From Prorocentrum cordatum (taxonomy: Eukaryota): 64,000 nucleotides of DNA. A program made the translations under genes and the position numbers. The DNA lies in NCBI GenBank assembly GCA_963575745.1, contig CAUYUJ010000015.1, positions 434,001 to 498,000 of the forward strand, written 5' to 3'. The notes under the pieces are model-generated. The model saw nothing but the letters and a program-made list of their open reading frames with translations, made no database searches and was not told the DNA's origin. Shown here one piece after another: positions 1 to 11,498 of the stretch; the first letter of the stretch is position 1; each line of letters opens with the position of its first letter.

Positions 1-814
1 GCTCCGATGTCCCGACCCGGCTTCCGACCCGAGTTCCCGAGTACATGCTGGCCGATGCTGGCCGATGCTGCCCCGGGCCCATCTTTCTCCTCTCCTCCCT
101 CGGCCGCTGCGGCACGAGCGCAGGGTGACGCAGCGCCGCCTGCGGCGGAGTGCCCGCGGCGGCGGCGGCGATCTCCAGGGACGCCTCCGCGCGCCCGCCC
201 GGGGTCCGCGGGGGGGGGGGTCTGAGCAGCGCCACGGTCCACCGTCGCGTCTGCGGGGCGGCAAGGCTCTGGGCCTGCGCACAGGCCCCCAGGGAAGTCT
301 GGGGCGGTCTCAGTGCCTGGCGCCGGCGGCGCCCCCTGGACGCCTGGCGCCCTGGGCGCAGGCTTTTGGAGCAGCAAAGAGGCCACCGTAAACGCACAGA
401 ACGGCCCGGGTGAGCAAAAGCTGCCCAGGAGGGCCTCAAGAGCGCTCGTCGCAAGACGGCCTGAGGGTTCCAAGAGCCTCACAAGGGGCATCAACAGAGT
501 CCCAGTTAAGAGAGCACCTAGAAGCCCCAGAAGCGCATCAAGAAGTTCCGACGAGTGACCACGAGGACCAGAAGTCCCGAAGGATTTCAAAACATCCCTG
601 CAGCAGCTGCAGCGGCGGCGGCGACAGCAGCAGACGCGGCGACAATGGCGGCACCATCACCATCACCACTGGCAGCAGCACCAGCAGCAGTAGCAGAAGC
701 AATGGGAGCAACGGCGGCGGCAGCACCACCAGCATCATCAGAGGAGCAGAGGACGAGGGCCTCAGAGGCCCCTTGTGGGTGCAGAGGGTTCAGGAGGTCC
801 TTGGATAAGATTTA

Positions 815-862
815 CACATATATATATACACACACGCATTTTTTATATATATATATATATAT
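815..862. repeat. (TA)n/(CA)n dinucleotide microsatellite
   Basis: acacatatatatatacacacac...tatatatatatatatatat read directly. Confidence 0.9.
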
Positions 863-872
863 CCCAAACAGT

Positions 873-2110
873 GCTTGCACTGGGGATTTGTCTGCGAAGG
901 AACTGGGCCTGCGGGCCGCTCTTGCCGCCATGTAGCTGCCGTCACCGCCTCGTCGCCGCCCGTCGCCGCCCGTCGCCTGGGCCTGCCGGCCGCTCTGGCC
1001 GCCATGTCGCAAGCGTCGCCGCCTCGTCGCAGTCCGCCTTCTCGCCGACCGCTTTGCATTGCTTTGCATCATTTTGCATTGCTCTGCATTGCATGGCATT
1101 ACTTGGCATTGAGTGACATTGTTTTGCATTGGTCTGCGCTGCTTTGCATGACTTTGCATTTCTTCGCGTTACTGTATTTTTTATTGGTTTGCGTCATTGC
1201 ATGGCAATTGCACTATTTTGGAGTCGCATTGCATTACGCTGTTGTAAGCTGATTGTGTTGCTCTGCACTGCTACGCAGTGCTCTGCATCGCGCGACATTG
1301 ATTTACACAGCTTTGCACCGCTTTGCTTTACCTCGCATTGATTTTACTTCCTCAAACATTTCTTGCACTTAGGGTGTCGCACCTGCCGTGAAAAGAGCTG
1401 GGCCTGCGGGCCGCTCTGGCCGCCATGTGGCCACCGTCGCCGCCTTGTCGCCGCCCATCGCCGCCCGTCACCCGAGCCTGCGGGCCGCTCTGGCCGCCGT
1501 GTGGCTGCCGTCGCCACCTCGCCGCCGCTCGTCGCTGCCCGTCGCCTGGGCATGCGGGCCGCTATGGCCGCCATGTGGCCGCCGTCGCCGCCTCGGCGCC
1601 GCCCTTCGCCTCGTCGCCGCCCGCTTTGCATTGCTTCGCAGTGTTCTGCATTGCACTGCTTTGCTTCACGCTGTATGGCTCTGCGTCTTCTTGAATTGTA
1701 TCCCATGGATTCGCACGTGGTCGTGACAGTGTGTTCTAGATGTATTACACGATCTATTGCATCACATAGCTTGCACCACCTACATTACACCACATCGATT
1801 GCACTACGTAGCTCTCACCGCATAGATTTGACTACGTAGTTTACGCCACATGCGTTGCACCACACAGATTGCACATGGCACCGCATAGCTTACACCTCGG
1901 ATATTGCACCACATAGATTGCATCACATATAGTATGCTAGAACGCACTGTTTGGGGTCAGCGCTGCCTAACACGCATATTTACGTTTTCAGATATAGCCC
2001 CCAAGCAGTGTTTGCACTTAGGGGTTCGTAATTTCTGTTCTACGGAACTGGGCCTGCCCGTTGGCATGGCGGCTATGTGGTCGCCGTTGCCGCCCCATCC
2101 GCCCAAGCGT
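873..2110 (+). repeat. Composite tandem repeat: GC-rich ~74-bp unit (GGGCCTGCGGGCCGCTCTGGCCGCCATGTGGCCGCCGTCGCC...) followed by degenerate (TTGCA)n tracts; module restarts about three times
   Basis: TGCACTT/GGGG...CTGGGCCTGC leader recurs near 875, 1365 and 2013; TTGCA-rich tracts at ~1050-1340 and ~1625-1680; CACATAGATTGCA-like repeats at ~1750-1930. Confidence 0.8.
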
Positions 2111-3634
2111 TTGTTTTTTTTGGATCCCCTCAGGGTACTCAGGTTCCCAAGGTTTGACCGGCGCCACCAACGGAGCAACGGTATCGGCGAAGCAACGGCC
2201 ACTTGCATCATTCTCACAAGTTTCACGTCAGCTACCATCACGCCAGACATACTACATATAAGTATGTGGGGTTCCTCGGTAGCGTAATTCTGTCCTGGGC
2301 CCACTTGTACGACTTCGAGGGTCCCCCTGAAAAGACTTTTGCCTTCTAAGGAGAACGCCCCCATCGCCCCGCCCCCTTCTGCGCACCGCCAGCTTCTCCC
2401 GTGAAGAGGCGGCGCTTCGTGCTCTCGCCCGTACCACTGTGACGAGGCGAGGCAGGTGGTTTGCGATTTTCCCGCGTGGGGGCATCCGCCAGGCGCGAGG
2501 CCGTGGATTTTTTTGATGGTACCCAGAGACACAAAGAAATAAACACAAATCCCAGGATGCCCAAGATTGTTCCATATGTTCTGGAGTTTCGCCCCCCCCC
2601 CCCCCCACTTCCCATAGATTCCCATATGTACCGGGGAAAAGACGAGGATTTGTGTCTGCGTGTGTCTTCCCCTCGTGTCATTCGCGCAGCGACAGTGCAA
2701 TCCAATCTCCCCCGTCGTGAGGAAAGGCGGAGGGGCACGAACTCGCAAGGTGCAGGGTCCATGGCGGGCCCACAGATAGTCTGGAATCGATACAGGGTAA
2801 GAAACTGGCCAGCGTGGACCCCCAGAAGGGCCTGGGGATCAGTTGGAGCAGACCGGTCGGGGCGAGGAGGGGACAGGATCAACAGTTGCGTCTGCTGTCG
2901 GGACCGCGGCAGGAGGGTTCAGGCTCGGCCTGGACGCGTCGGCATGGCCAAAAACGGCACAATCGCACGATCATATTATCTAGTTGGGCTCCAGCGTAGC
3001 GCGTGCGTGTGGGGCGTAATATACACACAGGGTCATGGTTGCCATTGGTGTAACAATGTTTTCGGTATTGTACTGTGGCATAGGCCCCATATGATGGTTG
3101 GGCAGGATCTGCCACGACACCCGAGGTCCATGGTGTGATCGTGCATTGGTAGCGTTCAAATTGATTATCGTGCATATCAGGTCTGACTGATGCGGTAGTC
3201 AACCCTGCGAGCATGTGGAATACGTATGAACCCCGGTTGTGCTGCAAAGGCATTGTACCCCCCCACGGCCAGGAGCCGCCGACTTCTTTGCCACAGGGCA
3301 GGTGGGTCAGCCTTGACGCGCGATCTGCAGGCGTCTCGTACTGCGGCAGTTCAGTTCTCCCGTCGTGTCCGTCTGAGTCCTCTTCGTACACTCCCCACTC
3401 GGGCCCAGATTTCCCAGTTTCCCGTGCCGCCACCACCGATTGCCGCGCGGGCAGCGCCGCCCAGCCTGCCCCGTCGAGCAGCAGAACCAGCCACGATGGG
3501 CAGCGGTTGCGGCACGGCCAAGGCTGCAAAGTTGGGAAGGGAAATTGTGTTGCACCAGCCCCTCACCAGCCCCCTTTGCTACCGCCCCGCCTCCTCATCC
3601 TCCTCACCTTGCTTAAGCTCCTCCTCCTCCTCCT

Positions 3635-3955
3635 GGCACCTCCGAGCGCACTCGCGTTCACATGGGCCCCGACAAGTCGCCGAAGCAGGTCAAGATGGAA
3701 TACGTCCTTAGAAAGTGCCGCGCCGCCTTCGCCACCGAGTACCCGTCGCTGCGCCTCTTCACGGATCGGGACCGCGGGTTCCTTTCCATTGGCTGGGACA
3801 AGATTCTCAAGGTCGAGGTGGAGGCTGGGGATGCTCCTCCTACTTTGCGTTGGGACGTCGCCAAGCTGGAGCGCCACGACATCTCCAAGGCCCACGCCCT
3901 GCAGCTCACCTCTTTCCTCACGGCCTCTGCGGATGAGCCCGTGTGGTGTCTTTGA
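3635..3955 (+). CDS. C-terminal remnant of LINE ORF1 (function unknown)
   Basis: Protein-like frame (..HMGPDKSPKQVKMEYVLRK...DEPVWCL*) starts right at the (CCT)n junction; its stop overlaps the ORF2 ATG at 3933. Confidence 0.6.
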   Translation, partial: GTSERTRVHMGPDKSPKQVKMEYVLRKCRAAFATEYPSLRLFTDRDRGFLSIGWDKILKVEVEAGDAPPTLRWDVAKLERHDISKAHALQLTSFLTASADEPVWCL

Positions 3956-6900
3956 CGCGCTGTCTCTGTTTTCGTGTTCGCGGTCCTGTTCCTCGGGTTC
4001 GACCACTGCCCTGCGAGTGGTTACTTGGAACTGCAGGGCCCTTCTTCAGGCTGCGGGGGCCAAAGCAGCCATCAAGCGTAACTACCTCTCCAAGCTCGGC
4101 CTCGACAAGTCCATCGTCTCTTTGCAAGAGGTGCACCAAGACGCCCTTCAACTGGAACACTTCGTGCATCGTGTGTGCCCGCGGTCCACCGTTCTTTCGA
4201 GCTTCTGTGGTCCTGAGCCTGCTGACCGTGCGCGCGGCGGTGTCGCAGTTTTGATCCCTCCTCTCGAGCATCTACCTGAGGATCCTGTGCGAGTGGAGTC
4301 CCATCCTCTGGTCCCAGGCCGCGTGTTGATGGTCGCCCTGCGTGCGACTCGCGCTTGCGTCTACCTCTTCAACGTCCACAATCACGAGCTGGGGGCCACC
4401 GCCGTCACAAAAGTTCGTGATGCAGTACGTGCTGCTCTCGCTGAAGCTCGAGCCGAGCCGTTGCGAGTCCTGGTGATTCTGAATGGGGACTTCAATATCT
4501 CTGAGGAGTCCGCAATGTCTCTGCTGGCGCCGGTTGCGGCTTCTCGTCGTGGTGGCCGTCGGCACCATGCAGCCGCGCCTTCCTGGAGGTCCATCTTCGA
4601 CGACATGCTTGAGGTCCAGGGCAGCGAGCCTACCCACTTCGAGCGGGCAGCGGGCAAGGCCAGCATCTTGGATCGGGTCTTTCTCTCCTTTCAGGGCTGG
4701 CAGGTGTGCCAGATGAACCTTACTTCCGCCACTATGGGGTCTGCGGCGGCGCTCTCGGATGCGAAAATATCTGATCACACTGCGGTCATCGTCTCTCTTG
4801 CTTCCCGCTCTGCTCGTCGTCCTGCTGCTCGCCCTATCCCGCGCCGCCTCTGTCGCGATCCTCGCTTCGTTCGCCGTCTACGTGGATTGGTGGCCTCTAC
4901 CTCATGGGACGGCATGTCGCCACCGTTCAAGCTAGAGCATTACAAACATATCATGCGTCTTGCTGCGTCAGAGGTGCGCGACTCGCTCTTTACTGACAAT
5001 CCCGACAGTCTCGATACTTTGTTGCAGGTGGCGCGAATGGTCTCGCGCGTGGTCTGGAGGCAAGATGTCAAATTGGCCCTTCGGATGCTTGAATCTCATC
5101 CTCGCGTCCGAGATCACATCACCGTCCGCTCCTCGCAGGTTGTGCTCATTCATCCCCCGTCTTTCTCGGAGTGGGCTTCATCCATCCAACGGGAAGCTGC
5201 TGAGGTGCGTCGTCGTGCTCTTGAATCTCAACTCTCTCGCCAGCCCTCTGCTCGTGCCACCCGACTTCAGTTGCGTGCTTTGGAGAGGAAAGCGAGGCTC
5301 TGGTCACCATTCTCTCGCTCTTTGGCATTGTCGTCGATACGAGTATCAGACGATTGTGCGGCTTCTGACCCTGTGGAGCGCGTTGAGGCCCTGGCTTCCT
5401 ACTGGAAACCCGTCTTCTCGCGGAAATCTTGGGGCGCTGAGGCGGCTCAGGCATATATCCCTTCCTGGCTCGGTCCCGTGAACACCATCGATCTTCCGCC
5501 TCCGACTTTGGCACAGCTTCGACGGGCCCTCCACGCGGCCCAGGACTCCGCCCCTGGCATCGACGGCCTACCTTACTCCGCGTGGGAAGCGCTTCCGTTT
5601 GGTCTTCATGCGTTGATGGATGCTCTCGATTGGATTGGTGATGGTCAAGCTCTCTTTGATTGCTCCTCTATCACTATCCAGGCCTTTCCCCCGAAGCTTG
5701 TCACAGACGCTGAGTTGCGTGATGGTGAGTGCACTCGTTCGCCCGACAAGGTTCGTGTCCTTGGATTACGAAACACTGACGTCAAGTTGCTGTCGTCCGT
5801 CATGAATCGTGCTCTTCAACCTCTCATCCATCATATCGTCCCGCCTTGCCAACGGGGGTTCGTTGGCGGTCGCAATTTTGGGGTCAACATCCTGGAGCTG
5901 GATGCGCATGCTCGCAAGCTTTCGGTGGGCCCTCATGGTTCGTCCGACATCCCGCTTCTTTTCTCGCTCGACTTCGGCCAGGCGTTCCCCTCTCTCAATC
6001 AGGAGTTCATGGCGTGTGTTCTTCAGGTGCTGGGGCTTCCCGAGACCTTCTTGGCCTTTGTCTCATTTCTCTACTCGGCCATCCAGGGCGTGGCCTCGGT
6101 GAATGGGGACTGTGTACCGATCTTTTGGATTCGCAGTGGGATTATACAGGGCTGCGCGCTCTCGGGCTCCCTCTCCGCCCTCGCAACCTCTGCCTTCCTC
6201 AAGGACCTAGTGCACTCCTTGGAGCCCTCTGGTCGCGGGTTGGTTCGGGCTTGCGCTGACGACATCGGCGGTACGACTCGGTCTGTGGCGGACCTTGTCC
6301 CTGTGCATCGGGTGATGGTCTTGGCTGACATGTTTGCGAACCTCTCCCTGAAGCCCTCCAAGTGCCTCCTGGTCCCCCTCTCGGGCGTCTTCTCTGAGGA
6401 GCTGGCTGCTGCTGTGGCCGAACAACTTCGAGTATGGGTCCCTGAGTGGGCCTCCTTTGGCGTTGTGGAGGAACTACACTATCTTGGGCTCTGGCTTGGT
6501 CCCTCAGTGACCGTTGAACGTCAATGGCGGGCTCCATTGGCCAAGGTACAGCATCGGGCTCAAGCTATCGGCCGTGGGACAACCCCGCCCAGTCTGTCGG
6601 CCATACTCTATTGCACACGTGCGGTTCCGACATTGTCGTATGTCGCTCAGTTCTGCCACATGCCGCTTGCCGTCCTTCGCCTGGAACTCATGACCTTGGC
6701 GCAGGTCTTCCGCGTGGCTCTGGGCACGTTCCCGCTTTCTTGCTGGTCTCTACTTCACGCTTGGGGAGGTCCTCGCATCTCCCGCTGGGCCTTTATGGGA
6801 TGTGCGGCGCTTGCCCGCGCAGCTCTTCATACGTTCCCGCAGTTCAATGACATCCACGATCGGCTCCGACGTCGCGTGGCTGCTCATCCTGACTGGTGCA

Positions 6901-8537
6901 CTCTGGAGATGGTTGGTTCTAGCAGATGCTATCCGCACTTCTGGCGCTCGGAGGCGTTCGTGGAGATTCTCCAGCGTGCGGCTGCTGGTACCCGCACTGG
7001 CTCGCCGTCACCTTGCTGGTCCCCTGATTGGCCGTCGGTTGCCGCGGTCGCGGCGCGTGCTGCGTTGGCAGACGCGGCGGCCCATCGCCCTCGCCCTCAG
7101 CGCGCTGCTCATGCTGCTCTCCGTGCTCTTGGCCCTGCCGTATCGCCGCTGGTGTCCCTGCTCCAGGCTCGCCTCGCCAAGCTGCTCCCGCGGCACGCCT
7201 TCCTGGTCGCCTCCCTCCCGCGGGACTCAATCGCGAGCACGCTGGCCTCTTGCCCCTGTTCCTGGGCCTGGGCTGCGCTTCGTACCTGGGCTGATGGTTG
7301 GATGACATCGCACCGCATCCTGCACCCCCTTGGCAAGCGCTGCTGTGCTTTCGGGTGTCCTGGCCACCCCGACGCCCTTCGACACTACGCCCGATGCCGC
7401 CCCTTCCACAACGCTCTACGTCGGGCTCTGGCGCGCCCTCTACCTCTTCCTGAACTTCATCGTTGGGGGCTGCTGGAACCAAGTCTGCCCGCCTTTCACT
7501 TCCTCGCGGTCGCCTACGCGGCCTACAACGCGGCCAAGGGCGTGGAGTGCTGGCCGCTTTCGGCTGAGTCCGCCTTCTCCTGTGCTTTGGCTGGGGCGCG
7601 CTCTGCCGCCTTGGCGCGGCCCGCTGGGATCTCGGCCCGAGATCGAGTGCTGCTTCGTCCGCGCCGTACGTGTCCCTCACCCTCGTCTTCCTCAACTTCC
7701 TCTGCGAGCTCATCTGCGAGTCGTTCGCCGAGGTTGACGCCGCCTGTCTCTGTCCCGTCAAGCCGCTCTACGTCGCCGCGTGCTCGGGAGTCTGCTGGTG
7801 GCCTCACCCCTGCCGCCCCCTCGCCGTCGACGCCCCCTACCGAAATTGCCACCGACCCCGAAGACGTGGAGTCTCGTGATCTTTGGGCGTCATGGATGGA
7901 GCTGCGCAATGAGAGTGATGAGTGTTCCCCTGTCCCTGCTTCGGGGGTGGGAGTGCCGCCTGCAGGACCTTGGGCGTCAAGCGCATGTGGCAGCAATGAG
8001 CAGGAGTGTCCATCTCAGACCCAGGGACGGAGCCCGTCGATGTCGATTTCCACCCCGCCGAGCTTGTCTGCGCCCACTCAACGAAGTCAGATGTCGCTGC
8101 CGAGTCAGAGGTTGCCTTCTCCGTCGGTTCCGAGTGTGTCCTCGGCTCTGAGTGCCTCGCCATCGACTTCTCTGATGTCATTGCAGTTCCTTTCTGCCCG
8201 TGATCGCCCCGACCCTCTGTGCGCTTCGTGTCCATCGCCCTGTCATCTCTCCTGCGTTTCATTTACCGCTCCCTCTTCGATTGCTGATCGTTCTCATTAT
8301 GTGTTCGACCTCTCTGGGGCTTGCAGAGTCTCCGTGGATCACGCCATGGCAGAGTCTCTTGGCCACATTTCTCGCCCTCCTCTTTCTCCCTGTCCTCGGG
8401 TGAGCCTCCCTGGTGCTGCTGCTGCTGACCCTCCCGACTCTCTCTCCCTCGCGCCGCCTGCGTCCTCGGCGGCTGCGCCCCCGCTGCGGCCCGGGCGCGG
8501 CAATGGCCGCCTGCCCCAGCGCCTGCCTCGGCGATAG
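3933..8537 (+). CDS. LINE ORF2: APE endonuclease + reverse transcriptase + CCHC zinc knuckle + long Ser/Pro-rich tail
   Basis: APE: VVTWNCRAL, SLQEVH, GGVAVL, LNGDFN, ILDRVF, ISDHTAV. RT: SAPGIDGLPY, QRGFVGGR, SLDFGQAFPS, SGIIQGCALS, ACADDIG, YLGLWLG. Knuckle: CAFGC...HYARC. The upstream extension of the ORF track to 3213 looks incidental. Confidence 0.93.
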   Translation: MSPCGVFDALSLFSCSRSCSSGSTTALRVVTWNCRALLQAAGAKAAIKRNYLSKLGLDKSIVSLQEVHQDALQLEHFVHRVCPRSTVLSSFCGPEPADRARGGVAVLIPPLEHLPEDPVRVESHPLVPGRVLMVALRATRACVYLFNVHNHELGATAVTKVRDAVRAALAEARAEPLRVLVILNGDFNISEESAMSLLAPVAASRRGGRRHHAAAPSWRSIFDDMLEVQGSEPTHFERAAGKASILDRVFLSFQGWQVCQMNLTSATMGSAAALSDAKISDHTAVIVSLASRSARRPAARPIPRRLCRDPRFVRRLRGLVASTSWDGMSPPFKLEHYKHIMRLAASEVRDSLFTDNPDSLDTLLQVARMVSRVVWRQDVKLALRMLESHPRVRDHITVRSSQVVLIHPPSFSEWASSIQREAAEVRRRALESQLSRQPSARATRLQLRALERKARLWSPFSRSLALSSIRVSDDCAASDPVERVEALASYWKPVFSRKSWGAEAAQAYIPSWLGPVNTIDLPPPTLAQLRRALHAAQDSAPGIDGLPYSAWEALPFGLHALMDALDWIGDGQALFDCSSITIQAFPPKLVTDAELRDGECTRSPDKVRVLGLRNTDVKLLSSVMNRALQPLIHHIVPPCQRGFVGGRNFGVNILELDAHARKLSVGPHGSSDIPLLFSLDFGQAFPSLNQEFMACVLQVLGLPETFLAFVSFLYSAIQGVASVNGDCVPIFWIRSGIIQGCALSGSLSALATSAFLKDLVHSLEPSGRGLVRACADDIGGTTRSVADLVPVHRVMVLADMFANLSLKPSKCLLVPLSGVFSEELAAAVAEQLRVWVPEWASFGVVEELHYLGLWLGPSVTVERQWRAPLAKVQHRAQAIGRGTTPPSLSAILYCTRAVPTLSYVAQFCHMPLAVLRLELMTLAQVFRVALGTFPLSCWSLLHAWGGPRISRWAFMGCAALARAALHTFPQFNDIHDRLRRRVAAHPDWCTLEMVGSSRCYPHFWRSEAFVEILQRAAAGTRTGSPSPCWSPDWPSVAAVAARAALADAAAHRPRPQRAAHAALRALGPAVSPLVSLLQARLAKLLPRHAFLVASLPRDSIASTLASCPCSWAWAALRTWADGWMTSHRILHPLGKRCCAFGCPGHPDALRHYARCRPFHNALRRALARPLPLPELHRWGLLEPSLPAFHFLAVAYAAYNAAKGVECWPLSAESAFSCALAGARSAALARPAGISARDRVLLRPRRTCPSPSSSSTSSASSSASRSPRLTPPVSVPSSRSTSPRARESAGGLTPAAPSPSTPPTEIATDPEDVESRDLWASWMELRNESDECSPVPASGVGVPPAGPWASSACGSNEQECPSQTQGRSPSMSISTPPSLSAPTQRSQMSLPSQRLPSPSVPSVSSALSASPSTSLMSLQFLSARDRPDPLCASCPSPCHLSCVSFTAPSSIADRSHYVFDLSGACRVSVDHAMAESLGHISRPPLSPCPRVSLPGAAAADPPDSLSLAPPASSAAAPPLRPGRGNGRLPQRLPRR

Positions 8538-8567
8538 GCAGGCAGGACAGACCTCTCTTACGCTGGT

Positions 8568-8592
8568 CTCCTCCTCCTCCTTCTCCTCCTCC

Positions 8593-8627
<35 letters not shown>

Positions 8628-8920
8628 CTCCTGCTCCTCCCACGCCAGTCGGCCTAGGCGGCACCGTAGGCAGATCATTGCGTTAGCATTTTCCCTGTTA
8701 CAACCCCCACTGCAGAGGCATACGTTTTTAGCTGTCTAGTCAGTTTGGTACTCGTGCCTCCGATGAGCATTTTACTACCTAGCCTGACCCATTGCATATC
8801 CCTTTTTGCCGAACATGTCCCTCGATTATGTTCCTCACTATCCTCCTTCTCCTCCTCCTCCTCCTCCTCCTCCTCCTCCTCCTGCTGCTGCTGCTGCTGC
8901 TGCTGGTGCTGCTGCTGCAC
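8568..8920. repeat. (CCT)n and (CTG)n microsatellites
   Basis: Runs at 8568-8640 and 8840-8920. Confidence 0.9.
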
Positions 8921-9297
8921 CACTGAAGGGGAGAGTCCCGAAGCGTCCACAATGTGAATTGGCAAAAAGGCGACGAGAGACCCAGGACACTCCAGAGACC
9001 CCACACGCAGGACAGGTCCCAAGCCAACGCACCCACCCAAGAGGAGAGACGCAAGGAAGGAAGAAAGCAAGAGCGGGAGAGCAGAAGGCCGCGGGGGGGG
9101 TGCGCAGGCCCAGGATCCGCAGAACCCCAGACAGCACCCCCTCGGGCGAGACCCCATGACAGCCAGCAGTTCGAGCCGCGCCCAGCTGCAACGCCCGCAC
9201 GGCCCCTGCCGCCACTCACAAGGCACCTCCACGCCAGCCGAGCCTCCGCCGCACGGCTCAACCGTCCATGCACTCACCATCTCGGCCGCCATGTCAT

Positions 9298-10762
9298 TCA
9301 GGGGGGGCGCCAGGCGACGTGCACCTTCCATGTGCCCGCCTCGTGGATGCAGCTGGTGAAGCCGAGGACCCTAACCTTCTTGATGAAATTCGGCAGCTTT
9401 GCCCGCAGCACGTCCGCGGAAGGGGTCGGCATCCCATCTGGGAAAGGCGCAGCCGGTCGATGCACTGCGTAGCACCAGGACTCCGCATTGACGCCCTTGC
9501 CCCAGGAAGTCACACAGTACGTGGAGTTCGTGACGGCGCGCCGCGGGAATGCCTGGCCTGCCGGGGCAGGACCTCGAGAGACACCGCCGCCTCGCACCTC
9601 TGCTGCTCTGCCTCCTGGACGCAGCACTGCTTGAAGAGCTCGATGGCTTGGTCCAGGAGCTTGGACTCGTGGCGCTCCCAGCGCTGCGCCAAGCCCATCT
9701 TCACGGAGCACGCCTCCTGCTGAGCCTTCGTGAGCACTTGCTCGATGACCGCATCAGCCCTTGGGACGTCGGCGCAGACCGGCTCGGCGTGGATTCCCTC
9801 ATCCGCCGACGGCTCGGACGATGGTGCACGAGAAGGGCGAGGGGTCCACAGCTGTCCACGGCCGGTTCGCGCGCCCGCGCTCCCATGCCGCACTTCGCCC
9901 GAATATGTCTTTCGGCCGATCGCACTGGCGGCCTCGGCACCTGGACCGAGATTCTTACCAGCACTTGGAACTGCCGCTGCCGAAGAGCCACCTGCAATCG
10001 AGGATTCGGCACGACCACCAGCACCAGGACGATCAAGCCGGACTACATCCTCGGCTGCACGGCCAGCGACCTCCCGGATATCAGCTGCACCAGGAGGCTC
10101 GGCGTGCCTATCGCACTGTCGAAGCCCATCGTCCTCGCTTCCGAGCTGCGCTGCCGACCGCAAGCCCGTTTGCAAGCCATCGCCGAATGCGCTCGCGAGG
10201 ACCTCGACGGGCGGTAGCCAGACACCTGGGGCCGGGCCGACATCGCCCAGCACTCGGCACACGGGCGCACACGCCATTGGCACCGCCTCCACGAAGCCGT
10301 TCAAGCTTGCTTCCACATGCGAACCCATGCTCACGCACTGTTTGTCATCCTGGCCGACCTTCGAAGCCCACTCCTGGGCCTCTAGGCGTGGGCCCGCTGC
10401 CGCCGCGGCAATCTCGGCGTCGGCGGCCCGCTCGCAACCCCGCGGCGGAAGGTCGGCCGCGTGGAGCGCCGCGTTGCGGCGCCTGCGGGAGCGTCCCGCA
10501 GCCCGCTGGCCCACGGCCGCGCGCCGCAGGGCTGGTCGGGCGGCACGCTCCCGATCCTGCCAGGAGCCAGGCAGGCATGCGCAACGCCTCCAAGGCCGCC
10601 AGCCGCCTGCCGCGGGCCGCGCGGCGAGCCGCCGTGGGCCCCAGGGCGCAGACCTCGGTCCTGCGCAGCGCCTCGGGCCGCCACGTCATTGGCAGCCCCC
10701 GCCCTCTCCTCCTCAAGGGAAGCCTCCGGCCGCCCAGCAGCGCCGCGCCAAGCACCGGCCAT
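9298..10762 (-). pseudogene. Frameshifted retrocopy of an SL-trans-spliced mRNA; product unknown
   Basis: ATG at 10762, 37 nt downstream of the DinoSL; protein-like segments continue through several frames (..RRRNAALHAAD.., ..LLDQAIELFKQCCVQEAE.., ..LPNFIKKVRVLGFTSCIHEAGTWKVHVAWRPP*). Confidence 0.6.
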
Positions 10763-10799
10763 GCGAAAAATAAGGAGAAGGGCCTGGGAGGATAAACAG

Positions 10800-10820
10800 C
10801 TTGAGCCAAAATGGTTACGG
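10800..10820 (-). other. Genomic copy of the dinoflagellate spliced leader (DinoSL relict)
   Basis: Minus strand reads CCGTAACCATTTTGGCTCAAG against the DinoSL core CCGTAGCCATTTTGGCTCAAG (20/21); followed by CTG, not a GT donor, so it is not an SL RNA gene. Confidence 0.92.
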
Positions 10821-10896
10821 CTCCTCCTCCTCCTCCTCCTCCTCCACCTCCTCCTCCTCCTCCTCTTCCTCCTCCTCCTCCTCCTCCTCCTCCTCC

Positions 10897-11498
10897 CTGA
10901 TCGTCTGTGGTACACTCTCCAAGAGGATCACCGCGTTGTCCCAGATGTCGTACCTCGCGATCTCCAGCGGCGCTGGCTTAATCTGCGTGAACATCTACAT
11001 CAGCTCTCTGCGGCATGGCGTTGGGCTGTACTCAAAACACTCTGCGGGGGGTGGCACACGACGCGTAGAATGCATGTACGACCCGATCGGACGAATTGCT
11101 TCCTGGGCTGTGCTGAAGCCGATGCCATCGGCCACTACTTCCCGTGTCCTCGCCTGACCCATCGCACACGTTTGCCTCGTACCTTCGCGCTCTCGCAGCA
11201 ACTGGCGCGTATTGGGCTCGGGGCAGCTACCGAATATCCACTGGCGCCAACACATGAGCGGCCCTTGCCGACCACCATCAAGCGATTAGTCCTCGCCTAC
11301 TACATCTTCCTCGAGTTGCGCAATAATCTGGCTGATGATTGGAAAGGCTCGCAGTACGATTCCCATCTCCGCGCCCTTCGGGCAGCCCGTGATCGTCTCC
11401 AACATGGGGCACTTCCGAATCCAGCGCCGCCACGACCCCACGGAGTCACGGCTGAATCTTCTCCTCAGGCTCACTCACCTCACGGCGACGCGCCTTGA
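10897..11498 (+). pseudogene. 3' fragment of a second LINE ORF2 (CCHC region)
   Basis: AWRWAVLKTLCGGWHTTRRMH...CFLGCAEADAIGHYFPC aligns by eye with SWAWAALRTWADGWMTSHRILH...CAFGCPGHPDALRHYARC in the 3933-8537 ORF; begins at the end of (CCT)n 10821-10896. Confidence 0.8.

Larger units (their letters stand above)
3633..8567 (+). mobile_element. 5'-truncated APE-type non-LTR retrotransposon (L1/Tx1-like LINE), bounded on both sides by (CCT)n
   Basis: ORF1 remnant plus ORF2 with APE, RT and CCHC motifs; (CCT)n at ~3590-3634 and 8568-8640. Confidence 0.9.

Noticed and set aside
2700..3300. Very decayed APE endonuclease remnant on the - strand (PTRTRYAGAQLDNMIVR)
   Set aside because: Only one loose motif resemblance; the other APE motifs could not be recovered
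3213..3932. N-terminal 240 aa of the 1774-aa ORF as part of ORF2
   Set aside because: It crosses the (CCT)n junction and overlaps the more protein-like ORF1 frame; the APE domain begins only after ATG 3933
10800..10820. SL RNA gene
   Set aside because: The SL is followed by CTG and a UTR plus ATG, not by the GT donor and intron of an SL RNA gene
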